A DNA stretch of 64,000 nucleotides from Ascidiella aspersa (lineage: Eukaryota), in contig OZ004607.1 of NCBI GenBank assembly GCA_963924565.1, positions 33,480,001 to 33,544,000 of the forward strand, in the 5' to 3' direction. Both the position numbers and the translations under genes were made by a program. The notes under the pieces were generated by a model. That model worked only from the letters and a program-made list of their open reading frames with translations. It was not told where the DNA came from and ran no database searches. This document shows positions 11,475 to 22,784 of this stretch, piece after piece; the stretch's first letter is position 1, and each line of letters begins with the position of its first letter.

Positions 11475-14400
11475 TTAGTGAGTTGAATTTGAAGGGGTTC
11501 GCAGAGATTTTTTGCTCCTTCTTTTTTTCTGGCTTGACGTTGAAAATCGCCTCTTCTCTTTTTCTTTTAGATGGAAAAACTTTCGGAGAAGTTCTCGCGA
11601 CGCTTTTCGAAACTTCTTGTCCATTACACTGTAAACCAGCACGTTGACTATGCTGAAAGAAAAAATAATTTAGATTACAAAGAATCGAAAGCAATTGAGC
11701 AGTGTTATACAAGTTTGATCTTTAGTCAACATTAACCAATGGATTATTTATTTACTATTAATATTGAACTGACCAAAATCTATAAACATTAAGTGAAACA
11801 GTTTTCTAATGTAAGTATATTGGTAAGTAGTTTAAAGCCCATTTAACGTCAACATGACTAATATATAATTAGATGTGATAATTATACGATAATTAGATCT
11901 GAGGAAATGGAACCTAGACAATTGTAATTGTTACAAGTTAGCAGTATTTTTATTCTTAATCTGAACTAGAACCAAGAAGTGGACTCCATTATTTACAACT
12001 GACTTTAAACTTCCTTTGTAAGGTCAGCAATATGGTAGGTACGGTAATTTATCCTATGCAGGTTGGTATGCACTTTATATAATGAAATTACAATTTGATT
12101 AATGGTGAAAATAACGACCCAAATAGACGTAGAAAGCGACATGCTTTATTGTTCAAACGTTTCGGCAGATGTTCATGCCATCATCAGTGATATGAAGGCC
12201 ACAACAGTTACACCTTGGTGGCATCCTTTATGCGTTTGAACAATAAAGCATGTCGCTATTTTTCACCATTAAACTTATGAACAGATCTGTCTATAGTTTT
12301 ACAATTTAGTGTTACAATTTGATTGTTGTCAGTAAACCAAAACTTTGACAGTTCGTCTGTATTGGTTCACCAAACCCCCTTTCAAACCATTAATATTACA
12401 AAATGGTTTTAACGCCCTAGATATCCCTTATAGCTACAAGCTATTCAGTGTTACTTTCCTAAGCTTACCTGTTTGTTAAGGCTAGGTAGTAGCACATGGT
12501 GAAGGCAAGCTGAAACTTGGGTAAATGAGTATATCTATGCCATGACAAGAAAACTGCAATCACGTATGGACCTAAAACAGAGGTATGAATTTAAACGAGT
12601 TAGTATAGCTACAAAGTAAAGTCACTCTAGTGATAACTAACAACGAGAGTGTCATACGCTAAAACAGAGAGGCGGGCAACTTCTGCAGTCCGCGGGCCTG
12701 ATATGGGAAACTGAAGTACTTGTCGGGCCGGATTCTGATCGATATATTATTATTAATTGTACTGCCATGGCCCGTTTTGTCGCATAATGGCGGCTATTGT
12801 TCTACTCTTTGAACACGGCAACACTTCCATTGCCCTGTCAACAACTAATTTTTTTTCTTGCCGACTTGAAAAAGTACTTCGGCATCCAATCGTTCATAAA
12901 CTTTACGTTTCTCGGCAAAATACAAGGAATAATATTGATGTAAACTCTAAATCTAAATATGGAACACACAATAAGACCTAAAAAATCAATAATACCATAG
13001 TATTAACCAACGACACAATAAAGCCAAACACGCAGTAATACCTACGACAGAATAATAACTATATCTAAATAAGACACAAATCTGTCGGAATAAGTCCTAA
13101 ATTCTTTCGTCGGAATAAGTCCTAAATTCTAAGGCCTATATGACCAAAACCACGCCTGAAGCTGTAGGGAGAGGGTATGGGACGATGGCGGCCATGACAT
13201 TGGCCGCTTTGGTGTTGAATTTTGGGCGCCCTGGTTTGAAGCCGCTGTTATGGCACCTGATTTTCTGGCCCTATTGGGGGTTATTGGTAGCTGGTGGGTA
13301 ATGGTGGAGTTGGTGATTTACTTCGGGGTGAGGTTTGGGGTTAGGTAAAATGTTTTATAGGCATGATTCTGGTCATTTAAGTCTTATTCCGATGGGTTTA
13401 TGACTTATTCCGATTTAGACGGTATTACGACTATTTGATATTAGTCCTATTTTGGTCTTATTCCGTACTGTGTGTTAGTTTTATTTCCAAACTGTGTGAT
13501 ATTTATGTTGCTTTTATTTCGAACTTACGGCTGGAAATCTCTAATTTTAACCCAAAACAGAAACTAAAGAATAACTAACAATCACTATTATTTGACGTAG
13601 TAAGATAGGAATTTTTGATTGCGGTAGACTGTGGCCGCGGGCAACATTATCATGTAAAACCGGAAACTGTCTGGGGGCCGCTCAAAATCCTGTCGAGGGT
13701 CGTATGTTGCCCGCCCCTGCGCTAAAAGATGGGGTCAGTACAATAAACCTAATAAGAGTAACAATACAAGTCCGATTGTGGGGTATTATTAACACCGATT
13801 CGATGACAATTTGATATCGGCGTTTTTATCATTGTTATTTTTCAGAAAATACTGCAGTATTTGTGCATTTGGAGGTAACTAAATATTTTAACAATAGGGT
13901 GCAACTATGACTTCCTTTGTTTCAATCAACCGTTTTTTCTTTTTGATGAATATTTTCTTTATAAATCAATGATGTTATTAGCGTTAGATTAGACAGAACT
14001 AACTTAAACCCAAAACACCGGAATCGTTGTTGAAATAACATACCCTGTAGCCTATCTGGCATTCTTAGTAAGAACATTTTCTAGTAAGTACACATTCAGA
14101 CAGGCACGTTTTGAAACACACACCAGCAACGATATATTAACAAAACGTTTTGAAACACACACCAGCAACAATATATTAACAAATTGTTGCATAAAAATAT
14201 GTCCAACCTGTAGTGATGGTTAATCCCAGGAGCATAAAAACCAACGTGAAATATACCATGATTTCCCGTTTCTTCCAATCTCGGTTACCCGAAGCAAACC
14301 GTTTGCGGTAAAGACAAATGCCAGTGACCAGGGTAAGAATTACCTGAGACATAAAAACAACATTGAGAACAGATTTTCTTCTGTATACTTTACACTAAAA

Positions 14401-17400
14401 TGCGGTGATGCAAAAAAGTAACATGGCGAAACTCGACAATTAGTTATTATATGTATACGCTTTTGCTATAGGCACTGGAAAAACATGGAGGAGTTTTCTT
14501 TAATTTTGTTTAGTCGTTTTGTTTAGCCGCAAAGCACTTAGGAAAGGAGCGATAACTAAGGACCCATAATGTCAAACAAATTTTAGCTGTTGTACTTAAT
14601 TATATTTGTGTTCTTCGGCAATTGTAGGTAACAATATTTGCATATCGAGTTTTGTTTTTTCATAAAAGCTGTATACGTATATCACATGACTGCTTTATCA
14701 AAGTGTAAACATCTGAAGCAGACTTGGAAAAGTAGATTGTTTTAGCTTTTTATAATAAGATTAGAATTAAAATTACATCATTTCAGTTTTTCTATAGACT
14801 AAACTTAGAAATAGATCATTTTAGTTTTTCCAAATAGATTAGATTTAGAAAAAGATCATATTCATTTTCTCAAATTAGATTCGAAAAATTAGAATTACAG
14901 AATTCTTTAAAAAACGAATTTCCACTAGAATTACATAAAATTATTTATTTAAATCGCAAATTATTCTAAAATGAATGTTAATGGTAAATATGTGTGTCCC
15001 AAATGTTATGCCTTTCAGCATAACATATGCTTTTCAGTCTGTAAAAATTACCTACATTTTAATTCAGATTCTTTGTTATGACTGAGAGACTCAAAATGGC
15101 CGTTGGACAAAGTAGTATTTTTGATCAAATGCGAATTAGATTAGAACTAGAATTAAACGAATTTAGCTCTAACTCATTGAATTAGAGAACTAATATTATC
15201 CAGTTGTACATGTCTGATTTTGGGTCCTACAGCTTTTTAGAACTTAACACTTCTTACCATCATTGTATAGGGGACGATAGCCACGAATGAAAATAATATC
15301 GTAATATAATAGTTGTTGCTGCCTGCAGTGTAGAGGAATGTGGGACAATCGTACATGTATATCACTTTTCGATGGGTCCACACTGTAAATACGTTTCAAA
15401 TTAAGTTTATTGACTTACATAAGCATGACACTTTTAAATATTTTGAACAACAAATGACGCATTATGTATTGAACTTCCATTATATATTTTTTTGATATCA
15501 AATCGGTTCGGTACCACATATTGTGCACTATAGTGACTAGCAGGCCAGAGCTTCATGGATTTTTACCATTGATTTTGTACATTTTTTTATTTAGTAAACA
15601 TGGCAAAAGCAAAATTCGGAATAAAAGACAGTTAGGAAAAGGCGTAAGGAGTTAAACCTAATAGTCGTCATAATGACGAAATCGGATTTAAACCAAATGG
15701 CCAAAATAAGGCCTATACAACCGTTTATCTAACCCAAAACACCATCCATAACTATCAATAACTTCCAGAATATGTTCAACCCTAACCCAATTGCTAACAC
15801 CACCAACTACCCGCCCATAAGCCCAAACAGGGGAAAAAATCCGGGGCCAAAACAGCGGCGCGCAAAGGCCACAGCAAAAAACAGGGTATCCTCCAATCAT
15901 TCCATATCCTTTCGCTACAGTCCTGGGCTTAATTTTGTCCATTTACGTCTAATTCTGATTAATTTTGGGCTTAATTTGACATGTTTAGATCTTATTTAGT
16001 CTATTTTAGATTATACTCTGTCGTGGTCATTATAGTCTACTGCGAATTTGGTGTTGTTATGTCGGTAGTCTTAGTACTATTATAGATTATTATCTGACTT
16101 AGATGCTGTTGCTTTGTAGGTCTTATTGTGTTTTCTACTTAAAAGTACTGTGGAATCAATGAGCTAAGTTTAACAGAAACGTATAAATATATGTTGTATA
16201 TATTATTTTTTTCCCTTTTGCTTACGGCGCACCTGGCAGCCTTCCATGGCGCACCAGAAAGAAGCGCTGCATTAGATTAAAAACTGGAGGTAACCAAATT
16301 CGTAACGTTAATAAACATTATATCTCAATAACCTAAGTTATAACGACCTTTTAAAGTTTCAATTTTATCTGTTTGCCTGTTGAGCATTGTACAAGGTCAT
16401 TTATCAGATAGGATTGGCATTGTTTTTGTGCGAAATATCGGGTATCGACATCGTAGTAAAATGACAAATATTAAAGGTCCCTTGTTTAAATTAACCAATT
16501 GTTTGTAACTTACGCGGAGCTATCGCAACTAGAAACGAAGCAAACCATGCAAGTGCAATGCCCATGCCCACAGTTTTTGGACTTTGTTGTCGGTATCTCA
16601 TTGGAAATGCAACGGCGTAGAGACGCTGTTGTGCTAGTAGCACAAGGTGATAGAATGATGCTGTGTAAATAAAGATGTGGAAAAATCCGGCCCCAAAAGA
16701 CCCCGGTGTTCCTTGGGAACGCCAGAATTTCTGAGAGATCTCGTAGCTCGTTTGATTCAGGCTCTCAACATAGTTTGGAAATATTATACCAAGAAACAGA
16801 ACACCTGCGAAAACGATAAATTCAAAATGAAAATGCATGTTAAAAAAATTCATAAATGAATAATTGTAGACTTAGTTTTATCTTTAAAATAATGTTATTT
16901 CCATTCTAAAACGTTGTTTCTTATTATGGTTTCTTATAGTTTGGAAATATTATACCAAGAAAAGAACACCCGCGAAAAAGATAAGTTTAAATTAAAATGC
17001 ATGTCCTTTGTAAATAGTCTTTGCCATGTTTTTTTTTATATTCTCAGGCATTAGTTGATATGTTAAGCAAAACGGCTACTTGGATTTGAAACAAAATAAC
17101 TCACCCGCCAAAATGTCGGAAACTGCCAATGAGACCTTGATTTTACCGTAGGTGCCATTAAAGGAAGATCTATTCCTTGCAAAGATCCAAATCACCAATG
17201 CGTTGCCGAATAGCACTCCTAGTCCAAGTACGACTACAGCAAACCCGAAAAAACCCGCAGCCGCCATACTGCAATCCTTGCATTGCTTAATTGGCGTCTT
17301 AGTACAGGATTGCTTTGCTTCCTTCTTACAAAAAGGTAAGAAAATTACAATATTAAAACGGTGCCTGTGCCCGCTGTGTTTGGAATCGTTGAAGCCATTC

Positions 17401-17597
17401 ATCTCAAATGCAGATATATCAACGAAGTAAGTCTCGTTTAGGCCCGGCAGGATCAAGGGATAATCAGCATTTGTTGTTGCTTGCGAATCTTGCAACGATG
17501 CGTTCAATGAGACAACTTTGCTTGATGTCTCATGCTGCCCCAAGGTTCCAAACAGCGCCTGGGCTATTATTGGTAAAACCGCAAAGATTTTATACAT
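11475..17597 (-). CDS. Orphan class A GPCR paralog B, intact, 441 aa
   Basis: Exons 17597-17105, 16804-16514, 15382-15258, 14343-14208, 12571-12469, 11652-11475 give 1326 nt with no stops. Seven hydrophobic segments carry GNALVI, SLAVSDIL, QQRLYAVAFPMRY, AWFAS, VPY, TTGPY and NSIVNVLVYS, followed by a helix-8-like FRK. Confidence 0.9.
12101..12311 (-). mobile_element. Penelope-like pLTR-derived fold-back insert (copy in gene B intron 5)
   Basis: Same 13-bp TSD (12088-12100 and 12312-12324), with inverted arms gcgacatgctttattgttcaaacg/cgtttgaacaataaagcatgtcgc. Confidence 0.7.
12153..12190 (-). ncRNA. Minimal hammerhead ribozyme motif (PLE type)
   Basis: Minus strand reads tca-CTGATGA-t-GGCA-tgaacatc-TGCC-GAAA-CGTT-tga: intact core, stem II, palindromic AACGTT stem III and 3-bp stem I. 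Confidence 0.65.
12665..13719. mobile_element. Non-autonomous hAT element with nested fold-back MITE (gene B intron 4)
   Basis: TSD cgctaaaa at 12657-12664 and 13720-13727. Duplicate of 4309-5338. Confidence 0.85.
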
Positions 17598-19380
17598 CAG
17601 AAAGTTTCAGTGATACTACCATTTATTGCGTATAAGAGCTACACTCAATAATTAGGGAAGAACCTGTAACATTATTTTGGAATCAAATATGTTGTTACTT
17701 TTTGCTTTAAGGCACTTCATAAATGGACTATCTTGTCGACCAATAGCTTGACAAGTCGTCAATTAACTCTGAGCTGTAAGGCATAACATTTTTGCATATC
17801 ATTTTCGTTTTACGTTTGTCTAAACTGAATTCTACATTTTATTGTTGATGCAAATCCAGTTACGCACGACATGAAAATAGTAGCACATGAGTGTATGACA
17901 TACTTCTGATAAAAGGGTAGGATATATCAATCTTAAAATGTTTTTTAAAGGTAACGTCCGTGAATAAATTTTATATTAAACAAACGTTTAATTGTGAGAT
18001 TTAGTTGACGTACGTCTTTAGCCTTCTGTGCGTCTTTAGCTTTCATTAACTAAATGTACTTCCCTTTCTTGTCGACTTTAGTTTGATAAATCGTCGACCC
18101 CCTACGAGCTATAAAGGCGTACATTTTAGCCGATTTTAACCAACGTTATCACGTGCAACTTTAGTTAACCTTTGTCGTATATATCATCACACGGTATTCT
18201 ATATCTTGTGACTTTGTAGCTGCAAAATCCAGTTACACACGACTGAAAAAGTTACCCCGCGATTGTCTTCTTCTAGTAGCACACCTTTCTGTAAATCCTA
18301 CTATACTGCTATGCTATTTTATGAAAATCTCCTATCATCGTCAAATGACACAACCTAACACGACCACCTTTGGAAGGGGCACATTTTAAGAAAGACTCTT
18401 TCAACACATTATACTTTTCTGTGATCACTTGCAGGTGGCCACGGTAGAAACATGACCACAGTATTTGCACGCGTTAGCAACGATACATCCGCTCTGTTAG
18501 GGAGGATAAGGCGACCATTAATCTTCCTAGTTTGTACAGCCTTGTTTTGCCTTGCTGCAGTTGGCTTTGAGTTGTTATGCTTTGGGGAGGCCAAATCCCG
18601 GTTAAACAGCATTACAATTTCTGCTAAAACAATAAATATGACTATCATAAATTTATTAAAACGGTTATAGCTACTTGGAAACCTATTTGTCCACTTAGTT
18701 TAACTGGTATTGTCCCTTTGGTACGGATTAATTCATAGAGTGTCTTTACGAACTACTCAAAATTATAACCAAACAAAGATCCCAGAAGTGGTGATTGTTT
18801 AAGGGAAGCTCTTTTGGAATGTATATCAACAGGCGCTCCAAACCAGGTAGTTTTAAACTTCTTAGTATGCCAGCCTTTTAAATTAATAATAATTTTTCTC
18901 AGGGCCGGAACATGCCTTTTAGAGGCCCCAAGCACTTAAGAATTTGGTGCCCTATATGTATAATTTTGAAGTCATGTCATGATTAATTTACATGAATTTT
19001 CTTTTGGCAATTGTTCTCTTATCCTACAAAGATTGATAAACAGGTTTAGGATGCTATTAAAAAACAGGTAAAAAACAATTTCAGCCTCGCCACTATTGAG
19101 ATTTGAGTCGTCTGACCAACTCGAATTATTTCGTTAAACACTCAGACAACATTCAAAATTCCAAGACAACATTAAAAAAGTGCCCGCAAGGTTTTACTCA
19201 AATGTGTTCTTTAGATTATATTTTATTCAAGTAATTTCCCCCAAAAGACTGTAGTCATTAATTGAAAGACTAACTTAAGTCAATTCGTTGGCATGAGTCA
19301 TTAAAACACGAAGACCTGCTTACGACCAATGACCATGAACGTCTGGGTTAAAATCCTAATCTGTGAAGCTCTGTTTAAAC

Positions 19381-19849
19381 TAGTGGTTCTCAACCGCCGG
19401 TCCGCATCAACTTCCCTGGTCCGTCAAATATATTACAATTTTATATCTTAATTGCAAAATGCAAGATGTTGAAGGCTGCTTGTCCATCAAATTTAGAACT
19501 TCGCCAGTTCCGTAATTCTCAGCATTGTTACGTAACATAGAGTTAATGGTTTACATTGGACTTTATTCTACGTCACAATTCTGCAAGTGTTGTGCCAAAA
19601 CTGTTATAAATTAGGCTACAACTCATTTAAGTCTTAAACTTTAAGACCAGTTGTACGTGAAAAACTTCAATAGAACCACGTATAACACGTGTGATATCGA
19701 AAAGACAGCAGCAAATTGCTCATTAAGTTTCGTTTCCGTTGCATACTTTTGGCGTTATAACATTTTGGGTAGATTTTAATTTTTTGAGGTCCGCAAAATT
19801 TGTTTTGAAATTTTACCGGTCCGTATGCTCAAAAGGTTGAAAACCACTG
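19381..19849. mobile_element. hAT (Charlie/Buster-like) MITE
   Basis: TIR tagtggttctcaacc/ggttgaaaaccactg, TSD gtttaaac/gtctaaac with central TA. Confidence 0.85.
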
Positions 19850-22784
19850 GTCTAAACTACTATATTGTTAGCCGTAGCTTTCAGAACGCTGGAAGGATCA
19901 GCAATTATTCATCAGAACTCGTAGATGTTTTCTGGTTCGCTGAACGATCATCAAACAGGCGACGACCTGTCTAAAGACCACGCCGCATTTCCTCTGCGTA
20001 TTTGAGCCGTGACTATATATATAGTCACGTTTAGAGTTTGAATAATGAAACCGGACTTCACCGCAGGTTTTCGCTTGTGGCAAAACAACAACAAACTGAA
20101 ACGACCAAGTTTATCGTTTTAGCCGAAATTGTAATGTATCGGAGGCAAAATTATTGAATGTCCGTGCCAGAAAAATCAATCAAAAAAGGAACTAAATTAT
20201 GACATACATTAATTAATGCAGTTCGTCATGATTGGATGTGCGCTACTAATGCTTTAATTGAAATACATCCACATTTTATTTACAGTTCACCTTGTGAAGT
20301 TAACTTCAATATAGGTTTCAGAAGATACAAATATTACAAAAAGAAAATATATTTTTTGTCCTACCGGTGTATAGTAATAAAAGTACGAAATCTTGAATCG
20401 GTAGCACTTTAACAACTGTGCATTATGATTTTATTGAAGCAAGCACTTATTCCAATAGTAAAATACAAATAAGCACGACTGGAGATATTTTTCAATGCCT
20501 CAAAAACAATTTGAGACAACAGTTAAAAAAAACTATTGCAACGTTTAAAATACTTCTTTGGGTGACGACATGTGGTTGGTAAGGTTATACCGGTTTTAAA
20601 CCACGTATAGGTCTTGTGAAAAAATAAAATAATAAACGACATAAACGAACATAAATAAATAAATAAAAACGATTAAACAAAAAATGACTTTTACAGATGG
20701 TTTGTCGTAATTCCCGGTTTATAAATCGTCGACTTGGTCCTCTGTTCGATATAGGCTACATAAGTCTTACAACTCTATGGTTTAAAGCTAGGCTTAATGT
20801 AGATCTAATACAAAATAATTTAATGCAAATAATTAACTTAACGGGATTGCGGTTATATTTTGTCAGGGGTTATTTTTCAGGACCCTATTTTTAAGGATGG
20901 TTTGTCAATAATTTAAATTGTAACCGAAAGTAATGTTCTGTATTGTGAATAAAATGAGTCGGGTAAATACTTTTTATAATTAATGTAGGATGCGGCCCTC
21001 GTGAAAGCAGCAACAATATTAGGCCGTTCATGTTGGCAAACGCGCTGTGTACAAATTCGTATTCCCGGACCAAATCTTTCTCAAGCATAAGTTGAACAAA
21101 ATGTATGATTCCTTCAAGCTTGCCTCTAAAAACTAATACGTATTATGTTGTACTCTGCGTCTGCGTCATTCGCTTGAGCCGCATGTTATTGCCGATGATT
21201 TAAAAAGGTAATTTACCATGTTACTAAAAAGCAATGTTACGGATAGCGTAATACCCTGGCTTGTACGTTAAATTATGTGTAAAGTCGTAAACATTTTAAT
21301 TTTTTCTAAATAAATCATTTTAATTTCTCTAATCGTTAATTGTTATACAGCATATATGTTGGTCGTCCCTTGACTATTTTTTTGCCTTTTGTGCCTGAAA
21401 TGGGTTAAATAAATTATTCCCCACAAATGGAGTCACATAATTAGCCTGTGTGGAAGCAGCATTTAATCGGAAGGCGTGTTATAAATTATCGCATTCATCT
21501 GCGTGATTGTGAAACATCTAATTGTTGGTCTTCGCAAACTAAACTTTTACATTTTGTTGAAGCAAAATTCCAAATAATGTGTGCTTATTTGCATTGAAAC
21601 GGCTAAATACCCAACGTTTAAGCACGTCAAACATGTTTTACGTAACGAAAACCAGTGACATATATCAATAGGGAACCCCTCAATAACGTAAAACCTTAAG
21701 TTGTATAGCAGCCGTTGTTCGCATTGCGTGATATTCAGCAAATACGTAATCCTGGTACAACGTAAGCAAAATTTCGTTTGAAACTGGAAATTGGTTACGA
21801 TTAAAACCGCCGCATTAAATGCGATGTTTTGCGAACTCTACCTAAATTTTGCGCGGTAACATACTTCAAGAAGTTCTTAAACCTAAAAGCTATTAATTTA
21901 AATTAAGGCAATATTTAAAGCAACAAATTCAATTCTTCGTCTTGTGAGATTAAATTACTATCTTTACACAGTTGTTTTATACAATGCCACAAAGTATGTA
22001 ACCAAAAAGCAATTTTGGAAGCACTCACAAACGTGAGACGTAATCCCTGTACCATATTGCGTCCAACGTGAGTAATATCTTGTTTGAAACTGGAAATTGG
22101 TTACCATTAAAACCTCCGCATTAAATGCAAATAATTCTACCTAAATTTTGCGCGGTTACAGACATCAAGAAGTTTTTAAACATGTAAGTCTTAAGTTGCA
22201 AACATTAAAACTTATTTCTATTGAGGCAATCAGTATATTATAATTGCTAAATGGCTAACTTAAGAGTTTTTACAGTTTTAATTTATTTTTTGTAAATCTC
22301 AAATTGAAAAATGGCGGGACACCGGGACAAGGCCTTAAAACCGGGACTGTCCCGGCTAAACCGGGACGTATGGCAAGCCTATTTAAAGCACAATTGCATT
22401 CACTTAGTCTTATATGTCAGTATGAGCCGTGAAACTAAAGCCACAAACCTTTAAAACGTCATAATACTCTTTATATTAGAATTTCCAAACAATAAAAGCT
22501 ACTTTTTATGTTTTCAAAACGTTTTGAACGAAATTACAGGGAGGTCCCTTGCAAAATATTTATGCGCATGCTATAATAAAAGTAACAATATCCTTAGGAA
22601 AAAGAGTTATATTTGCTTCGACTTTATCAATTCATTTATTTTTTGGGTTTTGTTGTACATTTCCGCAGCTTACGACGCTACAACACGAACTCAGCTTTGA
22701 TAACCAGCGCTATAGACTTTTAAATTACAATTAGGTCAGTTACACATGTTTCTGTACACAGTTAAAACAAGCAGACATCCAATT

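Larger units (their letters stand above)
10377..18683 (+). repeat. Tandem segmental duplication, unit 2 (contains GPCR B)
   Basis: Ends at ctacttggaaacc (18683), matching the end of unit 1. Confidence 0.9.
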
